Below, in pieces: positions 43,501-59,160 of a stretch of DNA of 64,000 bases; the stretch's first letter is position 1; each line of letters starts with the position of its first letter. Both the position numbers and the translations under genes were made by a program. Below the pieces are notes generated by a model. It saw only the letters and a program-made list of their open reading frames with translations. It was not told the origin of the DNA and searched no databases. Source of the stretch: the human T2T-CHM13v2.0 reference genome, Homo sapiens. Location: the NCBI RefSeq assembly GCF_009914755.1, contig NC_060937.1; one strand, given 5' to 3'.

Positions 43501-44155
43501 AGCTCTTATGGCATCTCTGAGTCTGCTGTAGGGTATTTGAAAACTCATACATTGATCATAAATAATAACCCTTGTGGGAAGGGGAGACTATTTTCTGGGC
43601 TTTTCTAAGGTGTTTAGCTTTGTTACTCTAGTCTGGGTCATATATATTACATATAGTCCTTTTCTGCTGTTTAGAGACTCCTTATCAATCATAATGCCAT
43701 GGCAGTCACATAGCTATGATGCCTTACTAAGCACTAGGAGCACACAAAAGCCATTTCTGGGCATTGGGATACTGCCACTAAGACTACAGAGATACAAATA
43801 TATCAGTTAAAGTAAGAAATATTTAAAACAGAACTTTTCCTATATCCTGCCCAATAAAATCATCTGTCTTGAATTGATTTAAAACATGGGAAATTTTCTT
43901 TATGAAAGCTTCAATTTAGGACAACATGTATTTCCTAGAGTACAATGCCATAATGGATATTCACAATTTAAACTATCTTATAGAACACTACTTAAAATCT
44001 CCTGGTTTCCTCACACTTTGTGGCCTACATTTATGGATTAGTAGGAGAAAGGAAAAGTAAATGATGACATGTACAAAAACCTTTCAATTAACTAACCTAT
44101 AATTTATGGATTAAGAACTCAATACCCCTGCATGACTTCATTATTGACTTGGAAG

Positions 44156-45192
44156 AAAAATTAAGAATAAACGTGCTAAAATCTTGGCTTTTCAACAATG
44201 AAGTGTTCACTTTGCTTACTTGGCTGGACATGGGTAAGAAAAATAAAAAATATTAGTTATTCCGCAACACTTTTCTTTCATGTTCCTTGGTGTCCAGAAA
44301 GAGTAGAAAAAGCTCATATATATATATATATATATATTTTAGCCTGGTGTTCCTAAGCTTCAGTACTCAGTTCCTGCAAGGCTGGATTCATAGTAGATTC
44401 AACAATAATTTTTGATATAACTTAATTTCCTCCATGTACTCAATTGGCCATGGAGCATCTTCTGCCTCCTTCTGAGGAAAGTAGCCTCGGGGGTGAAACA
44501 TTTCTCTATCTCCTGTATTAAATGAAAGTAATGTTGGTACTGTTGACATAGTTAACTGGACCATGAGCCAGGCTTCAGAAAGGCAGTTTCCCCTGAGGTG
44601 TCTTAGCAAGGACTCCTAAAAGAGGGATGCTGTAACCTAGATGGTGGTCCCAAGACCCTTTCATCCCCTTCCCTATCTTTGGCATGTATTAATACAAAGT
44701 GAGTAAAACAAATTAGGACACTAGAGTTCAAGCAATACAATCTTGTTGCTTCAAGTAATATGATCTCCTATTCCAGGAAGCCACACCATTCTGCTTTGGG
44801 CACAAGAAGACCCAGGGTGATGGTCAACAAAGGAGGCCTCACTATACATGTTCCAGCAGTAAGTCTCAGCCTGTGGCAGTCACCAGGGCTGTCCCTTCTT
44901 CATGACCCTCTGATTCTGACATACACTCAAGTGTCAGTGAAATACTAGAGTAAAAATTAAGAATGAAAATGCTAAAATCTTGGCTTTTCAACGGTGAAGT
45001 GTTGACCTTGCTTACTTGGCTGGACATAGGTAATAATAAAAATAAGAATATTAGTCCTTCCACAATAATTTTCTCTCATGTTCCCTGGTGTCTAGAAAGA
45101 GTAGAAAAATCCAACCATTATTTTTTTTAGCCTGATGTTCCTAGACTTCAGTACTGAGTTCCTAAAAGGATGGACGCATTAGATTAAACAAT
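44156..45192. repeat. ~240-250 bp spaced direct duplication (44156-44406 and 44952-45192)
   Basis: Shared blocks tgctaaaatcttggcttttcaac, ttgcttacttggctggacat, agaaagagtagaaaaa and cttcagtact. Roughly 80% identity by eye. Confidence 0.93.
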
Positions 45193-46685
45193 TTGAATAT
45201 ACATGATGTTTTATATTTTTCTCACTAGTACTCCGCCAACCACATAGTTACTGAATAATCTCAACAGACTTTGACAAAAGGTGCTTTCTTAGTTACCTGT
45301 ATTGTTGTGAGTTTTTCTTTATCTTTGTCTTCATGGGTAAGTTAGTGAGAAGTCAGGAAGGACTACAATAGGGCTGCTAGACAGGTGACACGACGCCATG
45401 ATGGTTTTGAGATGTCATTGACATTCCCACAGCTAATTAAATTCCTACATCTAGAATCACTTCAAATTGACTTTTATGTTCATCTTTTATTTTTAGTATT
45501 AAACGGTGGGCAGTTGAACACAAAACTTTTGTTTTAAACTCAAGAGACAAATTATGAATTCAAAATTGAAGCTAGCTGTCCTTTCTAATACACTGCATTT
45601 CTAATGCAATGCAGGACCTCACTTGTGATATTTAATAAATGCATACATAAATAAAATAATTTTGAGCTATGTAGAATCTTTAAGGAAAGACTCATTTTGA
45701 AATATTTAGAGTATTTAGGAAAAACATTAAAACAAATGCGAAGGACTGAACTGCCTGATACACAAAGTGACTTACATTTTAGATTATGTCTAAACCTGTC
45801 AGCAGCTTTAGAGTGCATAAGGCATCATATTGCTGCTCCAAACCCTTCTACTGCAGATTGTGTTGAACACTGAGAAAATACACAGCACTTTCAAACCCTG
45901 GGTTTAAGTCTTAAAGAAGGCTGTGTATTTAACCTGGAGATCAAGACTTGCAAAACCAAACCAAACGAACAAACAGAAAAACTCATCCTTCATTTTTGCC
46001 AAAGGTGACAATGCAACAAATCTTTGGTGATGGAAATTTGTCTCCAATGGACATTTTAAAAATGCTTGGCATAAGTTAGCACATGTCTCCTAATTAATAT
46101 AATTGTAAACATTCAAGAGTTATAGGACTGATTCAAACTGGAGGATGAAAATATAATAGGAGACAGGAATTTAGTTTGAGATAATGTGGCATGCAAATAA
46201 TTTTAAAATGTTCTGCATATTTCTTCCAGTGAGGTTTAAAAATCAAAGAAGCAAAACTGTTTAATTGCCAGTAAGACAGATAAACAAATAAATAAAAATA
46301 ACACTGATATTTTAATCTTATTTTTTATTATCCTATGCCTGGTCATCTGGTGTCTATTCTAAATATAATTATTATTTGAAATATAATCAGGATATATTAG
46401 ATACATATTGAATATATATTTAAATAAATATATATGGGATATTTAGAACTGAGGATTTATACAATTGGCCTCTCTGTTTAGTTTATTTGGCCACTGACTT
46501 CAAAATTACAATAGGCCTTTTTCAAGTAGCATTTTAGCTACCCCTTTCTACATGTAGCTATTTTATTTTTCCTGGTTTTAATATTTATTCCAGGTAATTA
46601 CTGCATAACCATTTTTATATTCACTTTTTCCTACAAACTTTTCCTCCAAGCAGTTGTTTTATATTCCCCTGAGAAATTGAAAATG

Positions 46686-47405
46686 AATGTGTGTGCGCCT
46701 GTGTGTGAGTGTATGTGTGTGTGTGAGGTATGTGCGTGTGTATGTGTGAGCATGCATGATTATGTACAAGTGTGTTTGTGCATGTGTGTGTGCATGTGTG
46801 CATAAGCATGTAAATGTCTGTGTGTCACTGTGTCACTGAGTATGCGTGAGGTGTGTGTGTGTATAAGCGTGTGTATGCATGTCTGTGTGCATGCATGTGT
46901 GTGTGTGTCAGTGTGTCACCGTTTGTGAGTGTGCATTGTGAGGTGTGTGTGAGCATGCACGTGTGTGTAGCCATATGCATGTGTGCATATGTGTGTGCGT
47001 GTGATTGTGTGTCACTGTGTGTATGTACGTGTGAAGTGTGTGTGCATGAGCATGTGCGTGTAGATATGTGTGTGTGCCTGTGTGCATGTGTGTGTCTGCG
47101 ATTGTGTGTCACTGTGTGTGTATGTACATGTGAGTTGTGTGAGCGTGCATGAGCATGTATAAGTGTGTAGGCATGTGTATGTGCACGAGTGTGCATGTGT
47201 GTGTCTGTGTCACTGTGTGTGTTTGAGGTGTGTGTGCGTGTGAGCATGTGTGAGCCTGTATGAGTGTGTGTGTGTACACATGCATGCTGTGTTTTTGACT
47301 GTGTGTCTCTGCATGCATGTGTGAGCCTGTATGAGTGTGTATGTGTGTGTACACATGCATGCTGTGTTTTTGACTGTGTGTCTCTGTTTGCGTGCATGCG
47401 TGAGC
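46686..47405. repeat. Degenerate (TG)n/(CATG) low-complexity tract with higher-order repeats
   Basis: Alternating purine-pyrimidine sequence over ~720 bp. gtcac recurs near 46825, 46915, 47011, 47108 and 47209. A ~71-75 bp tandem unit at 47244-47386. Confidence 0.95.
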
Positions 47406-48659
47406 ATTTGGGGGAAGTATCGTTTGACACCTGCCTAAGGGGAGAGTAAGAATTTGGGTCTGCTGTGTGTGAGGCTATGTTTTCTGCACGTGAACGCAGC
47501 TGGATATGTACAATCACGTATAATTCAGAAAATTTTTGGCAAATGCCTATCGTGAATGAAGCAATAGAGAAGAAAGAGAAACAAAAAAGAAAATGACCAA
47601 ATATAATCAAGGAATCAGAGATCACTCTGTTGAGGAAGCACTGACCTGATTTTGAGGGCAGGAATATGAAGATGGAGTGGAGAGAATGAGTCAAAAAATA
47701 TCAAAATACTGAAGTAATGACAGAATTGAAGAAGGATCAGATTGAATTTGGAGAGGACAAAAGGAGAAGCATAATGGGTTGGTTTGGAGGTTTCTGGAAA
47801 TGCAGGGAAAACCTAGTTTCTTTGTGGGAATGGGCTGGGGAGAGAGCTGCGTTCTGGAGGGAACCTACATTCTCATGGGCTCCATCAATTCTTGAAATGA
47901 TCTGCCAGTTTGTGGGAAGGTTCACGAAGAAGACAGTTTCAGGAGTGCCTAGGATGTCACTTTGTCACTTGAAATGCTCACATCACACAGGCCACCTCCC
48001 CTCAATCTTAGCCTTCAATGGAAATGTTTTCAAAGAGCATTAAAACACTGAAGGAATAATTTCGCCACCGTTTGACCTACTTTCAGCAAGCACCTGTTAC
48101 CTCCCTCTGTTCCTCACAGGAGGCACGCGGTGGAATATGCTACCAGAGGGAAACTGACATCCATTGTACCACGTCTCATGCATATGTACTTTCATTCTCT
48201 TGTCAGAGACTTTCCTCATGGTAATAGAGCACGGGGGTGTGTTGGAAGATGGTTCAAAAGTGTGCAGCCACATCTGTCAAAGTGTCAAGAGATGAAAACT
48301 CCTACCTGAGCAGCAGCGGGAAAACGGCTTGTCACAGCAGCCGCTGAGGAATGAGGGTCCAATTGAATAGACTTCTATTTATCAAGCACTGGAGTGACCC
48401 TTCCCACAGCTATGGCTTATGCTAAAATAGTATTTAAACAGCTATATACCTGCTTGGTTTGGTGCTAAAAGAGTCAATTATAACTTTTCACCTTTCTAAG
48501 ACTCACACTTAAGCACACAACGAAGCAACTTTCTAATCGGTTTCTTTAATACCACATAAAAGAATTGCCTTATTGACTAAACATGGGAGAGATGAAAAAG
48601 GCACATGTGTCAAGCATTTAATATTTTAGATTTGTCTTTATATCTAATATCTTAAATTT

Positions 48660-49470
48660 TTATTTAGAAAGAAACAATATACCCTTTAGAAACACTCAGA
48701 ATTCCTGAACATCACTTAGAAAAATCAACAGATAAATGGGCAAATGAGATAAACAAGCAATCTACAGTCAGGAGATCGAGACCATCCTGGCTAACACAGT
48801 GAAACCCCGTCTCTTCTAAAAATACAAAAAATTAGCCGGGCGTGGTGGCAGGCACCTGTAGACCCAGCAACTCGGGAGGCTGGGGCAGGAGAATGGCGTG
48901 AACCCAGGAGGCGGAGCTTTCAGTGAGCCAAGATCACGCCACCGCACTCCAGCCTGGGCGACAGAGCAAGACTCCATCTCAAAAAAAAAAAAAAAAAAAA
49001 AAAGAAAATGTGTGGCCCTTGAACCTAAAAATGTTCAACATCCATTAATCAGGGAGATCAGGGAGATGCAAATTTACATTACAGGACACCATTTCGTGTC
49101 ATCTGGTGTAAAAGCCTGATAACATCAAGTGCAGATGAAGATGTAGACAACGAGCACCCTTACACGTTTCTAGAAGGCATACAAAATAGCCCTATCATCC
49201 GGAGAGCCATCTGCCATATCTCAGAGAGTCAAAGGTGTTCATATCCTTTAACCCAGAAATTGCTGTCCTAGCTATATATGTTAGAACAGCTCTCTCACGT
49301 GTGCATACAAAGGCACGGATAAGAAAGGTCTTAGAAGGTCTGCAATAGCAAAACAATAAAAAGCAAGCTCAATGTCCATCGATAGTGGAATGAATAAATG
49401 AATGAAGAAACTGGGTTATTTTCACAGTAGGGTAATACACAGGGGTGAAAATGAAGTAGTTAAAAGTATA
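48660..49470 (+). mobile_element. Old L1M 3' fragment hosting a truncated AluY
   Basis: gataaatgggcaaatgagataaacaagcaa...aatgttcaacatcc...gagatgcaaatt...ctcaatgtccatcgatagtggaatgaataaat. Confidence 0.65.
48767..49003 (+). mobile_element. 5'-truncated AluY
   Basis: Begins at gtcaggagatcgagaccatcctggctaac, contains gaatggcgtgaaccc, A tail. No obvious TSD. Confidence 0.92.
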
Positions 49471-49670
49471 ACGTGGACTGCCTGAGATGAAATCCCCATT
49501 CAGTAACTATGTGACCTTCATCAAATTCCTTATGCTGTCTGTGCCTCAACCTCCTCTTTTGTAAAACAGATCGTATTAGTACCTACCTTTATGGTGCTGT
49601 GAGCATTAAATAATTTAATACCTAATAAAACACACAGTGAGTGGTCCATAAATATTAGCTATTATTATTT
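49470..49670 (+). mobile_element. MIR
   Basis: ctatgtgaccttcatcaaattcctta...ctgtgcctcaacctcctcttttgtaaaa...tagtacctacc...aaatattagctattattatt. Confidence 0.7.
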
Positions 49671-50934
49671 CTGACAGACACATAGGTATTTTTTATCTGT
49701 GTTTCTAAATTATTTCAGAATATGTATTTTTTAAATGCAAGGAAATCGACTTAATATTATGTTGTAAAATAGCACCAATTTACAAATTGTCCATTTGTAA
49801 GTTTATAGTAACTACGTGGTGTTTCTCTAAAGAAACTATCTTATACAGCATGATTTGAGCTTCAGGTGAGACTGTAATAGCCTATTTTTTTAGCTCTTAA
49901 TAAACTTCTCAAGTCCTATAAGATTTAGAAGTTTGACAGGAAAAATGATCCCTGAGTTGTAAGTACTGCAGTCAAGTCTCACCACTTAGTATGGCCAAAG
50001 AGTTGTGTCCTCTCTCCTCCCATTCCATGAAGCTAAGGAGGGTGGTTGAGTAGTGGTTCCAGCAGAGATGGGGCAAGGCTTTCAGAGAGGATTAAAAAGG
50101 GCGGTTTCAAACGACTTTGGGTTTGCTCTGCAGGGAAATCCAATACTTGGCTTCAGCAGACCTGCTCTTTCCTTCCATTTGCACTCTCCTGACCTGCTGC
50201 TCCCGGCCACGCCTCCTGTTTCTGATGCCCCCACGCAACTTCATTTTCTCCCAGTGCACCTTCACCTTTGGGTGTTTTCTGGGGAGTCTCGTTAGGGCTT
50301 TTGATTGGGAGGTCATTACACCCAGTCACAATCAGCCATACTTGGGTAATATGCAAGGAGAGAAACAAACCAAAACAAAACAGAATAAAGCCAGTGTTCA
50401 AGGTGAGAAAACAGAGGCAGGCTCACAGACAGAAATCATGTGGCTCAAACGGAGAGTGAGAGACAGGCAGAGAAAGGCCGAATGACACTTGCAATCAATG
50501 TTCCCTTTGAGCAGATGGTCTGTTCCTTCCAAATAATTCTTTACTAAGTCATAAATACTCAATAATTCTCTCAAACCCAGGAAAACTGCATTCTCATCCC
50601 CATTTTCCATAAACATGTCCTGTCGCGTACCACTGGTAGGTAGTGTAGCTGAAATATGTTTCCAGAGTCTTATCTCTAACAGACCACAATAGCGTGTAGT
50701 CTCAAAACAAGATGTTGTGTTGGGTGTCTATGCATCAGGTGAAGATAAGGAGATCTGTAGCTGGGGAGGAAGAAGGGAGAGGTGAGGAGGTCATGTTGGG
50801 AGATGCGCATTTAGGCAGTTGTAGCACAAAAAGGAAAAGAAACCAGGTATGGGGCTTGGCTTATCTATGTTCCTAGGCTTTTCTTTTTCACCACGAGTCA
50901 TCTTGTCCCCACAGTATGGACCAAAAACAGGAAA

Positions 50935-51197
<263 letters not shown>

Positions 51198-52046
51198 CTA
51201 AGTGACAAGCACATCAGCAATGCACAGAGATGAGAAAGAGCCAGAAAGACATTGCAGGCATGACAGAGGATGGGAGGGGGTTTTTCAGGGGTTCTAGGAC
51301 ATTCGCTTACTCGTTTTAACGTGAGGATAAATTTATTAGGAATTGCACACATTTACCATGCTCAGTATCTTATTAAACTCAGCCTTATTAAGCATGGTAT
51401 AAATTTCATTAATAACTGGATAAACATGAGAAATGTCCTAGACAAATTAATATAATTAAGTTGATTAACAAAAAATTTTAACAAGTGGCGTTAAAGAGCT
51501 CACCACATATAACTTACCAAGCTAACAATACCTTTCTGCTAGTCCTCCTGCTCCAAACTTGTGGTCTTGCAGTTAAATTTACAAGTATGTGCATTTTCAT
51601 TTATTATAAAAACAGAAAGATCACTTCAAGGGCACCAGATTGAATCGTTTCCTTGCATGCCTGCATATGGTTCCTATTCTAATTATAATTATAGCTATGA
51701 TTGTAATTGTAATTTGTGTTTCAGAACACAAAATAAATTTGTGGTTTCAAACTGCAGACAAAAGATGCCTATATTCTCCTCCACAAATGGCTCAATAGAG
51801 CCTATTTTTTCTGTAGAAGAGTAAGAAGATCTTTTATGTGCCCTAATTCATTGACTATCTCCATAAGCAATATTTGAAAAGAGGAAACAAATACCATAAT
51901 AATGGAAATATTTGATATAAGGTAAAATATGTATGTGCACATGTGGGAATGTAGGAAAACAATTTAAAATTAGTTGCTAATGTGTGATCAGAATCACTGC
52001 CCATTGAAATATATAAAATCCTAATAGTTTTATGCCAGCAATGTTT

Positions 52047-52172
52047 CTATATATATGTATATACACATATACATATACACACATATGCACTTATATATGT
52101 ATATATAAAAACGTGTGTATATATATGTTTGTGTATATATACACACACATAGAGAGAGAGGGAGAAAGAGAG
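52047..52172. repeat. (TA)/(CA)/(GA) compound low-complexity repeat
   Basis: Read directly. Confidence 0.85.
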
Positions 52173-53327
52173 AATAAATTATTACTCGTAAAAAACTCAG
52201 CATCACAGAAGCATTGGTTACTTCATGTATTTAATTTAATAATGGTGAGGAAAATTAAGCCACCTTAATCAATCTTGTTTTATTAAATTACCTAATTACT
52301 TATAGTAACTGGATGAGGATACAGAGTAGAAAATATGGTGAAAAGTATAATACATAATACCAATGGAGACAGTTTTGATTTTTTAGTACATTTCATTTAT
52401 AAGAGAACTTGAGCCAGCTTCCAATTATGCTGAGTTATGATTTTAACATTTTAAAATGTTAAAAACATAAAATATATGAAAATACTATTTTGGAATCACT
52501 GAAATGTGTGGACTAATTGTTATTATATAATCTTTGTGATCTAAAGTTACATTATTTTCATTTATTCCGTGAGTCACCCAACCAAGTGCCTCCTGAGACC
52601 TAGCAAGTAACATAATGAGAAAACTAGGCTTAGGGTTACATATTTAACACATCGGAATAACTTTTTTCTTAAAATACTAGGTTCATTTCTCATTGTTTTC
52701 TGTAATCACAGGGTGCTTTTAAAATGCCTTGTATTTATTCTTTATTCATTCATCCACGCATTTGTGTATCTTTATACATTTATATATTTATGAATTTATT
52801 ACTTGTTTATTTATTTCCACACGATAGAGTCACGGACAAAGAGAAATCTTTCTCTACTCTTAGAAAAATAAATGTATGAATTCTTGGGTAGGTAAAACAC
52901 TCACCTCCAGTGCTGTGGAGACAATATGGAGAGTTGGGAAACTGAGGCACAATAAAGCCTCTCTGCCTCTGCTCATGTGGCAGCCACCACTCAGCTCTGG
53001 CCAACTCTAGCCAGGTGGAAATGAGAGCTCTTTATTGCCAGATCATTCTCTTTTACAAGATGGGTAGGACGTGTGGGTTTTTATGTAAAATACTCTGGTT
53101 TTTAAACTTTGGGTCAAATTTAAAAACAAAGTCCCACTTTGAACAAAATCAACAGTTCCCAGTAGTTAAATGGGAACTCAAACATCAGTTTGCTGTCTCT
53201 CAGATATTATTGATACCTCATTTTTTCTAATTTATTTCAACAGTTTCAAAATTACAAAGTACAGCCGTTCAAATGTTTCATTCCAATAAACTCTGTTTTC
53301 TCATTAACATACAATTAGTTTGGGTTC

Positions 53328-53696
<369 letters not shown>

Positions 53697-54619
53697 TTAT
53701 CTTATATGCTTACAAGATGAAAAGAGTTCTGAAAGAGGTGAAACATAACAGAAGTCAGGGTTATGTCCTGCCAAGGCTCTGCCACCACATATTAGAGGAG
53801 ACATCCTGGCAAAACTATCCAGAGATATCCAAAGTCCTACAACCTCTGCGAGGCACTTTCTGGAAGCAAACTCCAAGTGTACTGCTTGCTTTAGACTCCA
53901 ACGACATGCATATAGAAATAAGTGTTCTGTATGGAAAAGGGTGTTATTGCCACAGTCTATTCAATTTCTAGTTCTTACAGACAAGACCAGGAGGACAAAC
54001 AGAGCAGCTTCTAAGCGAGAGGTCAAATAAGTACTTTCATAAGCCAAGAAGGTACTGCCTCCTTCTTTCACTGGACTGTTCTCGGTTAATAAACATAATT
54101 GATCATCTCTCATGTCTAAAGCACAGTTGCAGAAGTGACCATGACTGGTATGGTCTCTAAAGTAATGGAATTTCCCCTGGTTGGAGAAGCAGACATCAAC
54201 AACTAATTATATCCTTAATTTATTTTATTAAAATTATGACAGACATAAAAGAAAAGTGTAGGATGATATGAAAACATGTAACAGAGGTACCTGGCTTATT
54301 TTTTGAGGATAAGAAAGTGATGTTTGAGCTGAGTTCTGAAGGATGAGTGAGAAGGAAGTGGTGTAGGAAGAGGAAACATTCTGTGAAAATGTCAGTGCTT
54401 CCTGGAGGCAGAAATGCTTTTTCATGTGAGATAAAATGCATAAATGCAGGAGTCTGAGAAGAATCGACTCAACATTAACCTCCAAGTTACTCATTGGAAG
54501 AAGAATGAGGAAGGATACATTGAAAGAAGATTTCAAGTAAACTCTTCCTTTTAATTTTATTTCCATATTAATTTTTTATGAGAACATGTTCACATTTTGC
54601 TTGTTTTAAAAATAAAAAG

Positions 54620-55066
<447 letters not shown>

Positions 55067-55926
55067 TTAGATGGCATTAATCATTAGTGAAAGCCATCAA
55101 GTATTTCAGGACCATTTTATCTTCAATATATTTTTACTTAATTCTTTTCTTTTAATTAATTAATTATTTTCTTGCTGAGACATAGAAATGTATTCTCTCT
55201 CTAATCACAGCTCCTGCCCGGTACAAACAGATAACTTCTTGGCCATCCCACTTTTCTTCCATGCACTCTTCATTGCTGCCTCTGGAAAGCTTTATTCAGG
55301 GCCAAACACATGAAGTTGAGTGGAATGAAACTTGTGTCACACTGAATTACCTGACCCCTTTCCCCCCAGTTTCTAAGCATATGAGTCACATTCATAAGAT
55401 GTCATAAGCATGCTGCTATATTCATAACACATATCTCATATAGGGGTCTCTGAGATGCCACATCTATACACTTCAAGCCCAACATCTATCCCCACACCAT
55501 TCCAATCTTTATTTTACTATCTCCTTGCTCGATTTTGTCATCACACTTCACCCTGTCATTAATCCCTTGTTATTCTCAAATCTTTGTGATAAGGAGGCTG
55601 ACTTGCCTCCTAATTTCAGATGGCCACCTTGAGGCATCTATTAACAAGGATTTAATAGATTTTAAAGCTCTGGATACCATACGACTCTGATTTGGCACTC
55701 AGAGTAGCCCTGATAGTTTATTTCTCTATCACGAACTTATGATTACTTGCATATTTTTTTCAGCTGGATAAAGCATGGGGCTAGGAGCCATAAGACCCAG
55801 CCATTAGTCCTGGGTTCTCCCTCTGGTTGAATGTAATTCACATCCCTATGTTCTCTGAATCAGCACTTTCTCCTATAAATGGCTGACCAGGCATGTAGGT
55901 CTTTCTACATCACAGGGTTGTAGTAA

Positions 55927-56505
<579 letters not shown>

Positions 56506-56744
56506 AAAAAATAATGTCAATAAAAGTGCTTTTTAGGTAAGAAGCTAGTACTATAATCATTGTCATTATTGTTATTACTATTAGTAGTGATAGTAGGAGT
56601 AAAGGTAGTTGTAGTAGTTTTATATTAGCAGCATAGTCAACATCAAATATAGGATGGAAGGAGGACCACAAAATAATACTTATCAATATTCATTGTAAGC
56701 TTTTCTACTTATTGCCCTCCATTTTTTTAAACTGACAGAAATAA

Positions 56745-57915
56745 ATAACTAACAATAAACAAAATGAAAAGGCAGTCTATGGAACAGGGGAAAATTGGAA
56801 CACCATATTTCTGAAAAGGAGATAATATTCAAAAGATGCAAAGAACTCATACAACTCAATAACAAAAAGCCCCCAAACTAAAAAACAAAAACAAACACAA
56901 AATGCAAATAATCTGATTATAAATGAGCAAATTCTGAGTAGATTTTTTTCCAAAGAAGACATATGAATGGCCAATAGGTATATGAAAAAGTGCATACGAT
57001 CCCTAATTATCAGGGAAATACAAATTTAAACCACAATGAGATATCACCTCATATCTGTTACAATGGTCACCATCAAAAAGACAAAAGATAACTATTTGGC
57101 AAAGGCATAAAGAAAAGATAACCCTTTTACACTGTTGGTGGGGATTTAAATTGGTAGAGCCATTCTGAAATGCAGTATGGAGGTTTCCCAAAAAATTAAA
57201 AATAGAACTACCATATGATCCCACAATCCCACTTCTGGATATATGCCCAAAGGAAATGAAATCAGTATCTCAAAGAGACATCTGCAGCCCCGTGTTTACT
57301 GCAGCGTTATTCACAATGGTCAAGACAGGGAACAACCTAAGTGTCTACTGATGGATGAATGGATAAAAAAAATGTGGTATAGACATACAATGAAATATTA
57401 CTCAGCCATAATAAAGAAAAAAATCCTGCCATTGACAACTATATGGATAAGCCTGGAGGACATTATGCTAAGTGAAATGAACTAGACACAGAAAGACAAA
57501 CACCGCATAATCTCATTTATATATGGAATCTCAAAAAGTCAAATTCATTGAAGCAGAGAGTAGGATTGTGGTTACCAGGGGCTGGGGACAGGGGGTAGAA
57601 ATGGGGAGATATTAGTTATCAGTCAAAAGATGGCCAAGTTCTCAGGATCTAATAAACAAAGTGATTCATTAATGGTTAATAATACTGTATTGTATACATG
57701 AGATTTGCTAGGAGATTAGATCTTAAGTGTTACCCCCCACCCCACACACACAGAGGTAACTACTGAATATATGCGGTGATGGGTGTGTTAATTAGCTTGG
57801 TTGCAACAATCGTTTTACACTGTGTACATATATCAAATCATCACATTGTATACCTTAAGTATTTACAATTTTATTTGTTAATCACACCTCAATACAAATA
57901 GAAACAAAAAGAAGT
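56745..57915 (+). mobile_element. L1MA/L1MB 3' fragment
   Basis: ORF2 3' end motifs (aaaccacaatgagatatcacctc, aaaaatagaactaccatatgatccc) and L1M 3' UTR (ttaataatactgtattgtata...acatatatcaaatcatcacattgtatacctt). Confidence 0.85.
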
Positions 57916-58929
57916 AAATAACTCTATGGTAAAATGGCCATATAAACATAGCCCACAGTAATGGCTCAGAGTACAATTTTATTTTTCATGTACCCATCCT
58001 TGAGTTGCATAAGAAGTCCTTATCTGGAGAAAGACCCAAAAGAAAGAAAAGAGATACAGTCTCATCCCACGGCAGATGTGAACACTTCTCCAAATTATGA
58101 GGGCAGGATATAAACAACTATGGAAACCACCCCTTGCGAGAAGAGGATTTGTCACTGAAAACCAAAAAGGCTAAAGAAAATAAAATTCTCCAGGTGGAAG
58201 AATCAATTCTCCGGTCCTACGAGTGGGCTGCTTGGAGGGAAAATGAAAGTGAAAATATTATGGAAAGTTAGGGGTGCTGCTCTTGGTAAGGTGACATTAT
58301 TTTGAATGAGTTACTGATATTTAGGGGGCAAGGAGGGGAAACCAAGGAAGAGAAGATGTCAGTATGGCCCCCTGAAGAAGAGATAAAGGAGTTTATTGGG
58401 CCTTATTGTTATTATTGTTATCCATATTGTTGTCAATGGCAGCTTGGAGAAGATGGTTTTTCCAGAAAGTTCACAGGCAGGGACGTGAGACTCCATCTTC
58501 TAATCACTGTGAGAATCTATCTCATGAGGACTCTCAGGCCCCACCTGCAATCCTTATGTTTGCTATCAGTGCACTTTGCTAAAGAAACACCTCTACATTA
58601 TGTTCCTCTGAAAGCTTCCAAATGCAGAAAAACAGAGAGACTATGTATTAACATATTTTTCCCAGTTACTCGGGGAGGTATGAAACAATGAATTTGCCCA
58701 CTGCCACATAACTCAGTCCTTCGGTAAAGAATATTTTTATAAGATTTCACATGTCAACAAAATTCTTCATTGATTCAATACCACTGAAATGCTCTTACAT
58801 GCCTGCAGCCATCAGAAACTTATCAAATCCCTATTGTGTATGTTAAAAAAAAAAAAGCTAGGTCCTGGGAATAGAGGAAGGAGTGAAATACCATCTCTAA
58901 CTTCAGGATTTTAAATTTGGACAAATCTA

Positions 58930-59160
<231 letters not shown>

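Noticed and set aside
46825-47694. 289-aa His/Thr-rich ORF on the minus strand (longest in the track) and overlapping Cys/Val-rich ORFs
   Set aside because: Translation of the (CA)/(TG) low-complexity tract, which lacks stop codons by composition. No splice or domain evidence.
56545-56630. Degenerate (TAT)n/(TAG)n tract that folds as a GU-rich hairpin on the plus strand (miRNA-like)
   Set aside because: Low-complexity trinucleotide sequence. The pairing depends on GU wobbles that become mismatches on the transcribed minus strand.
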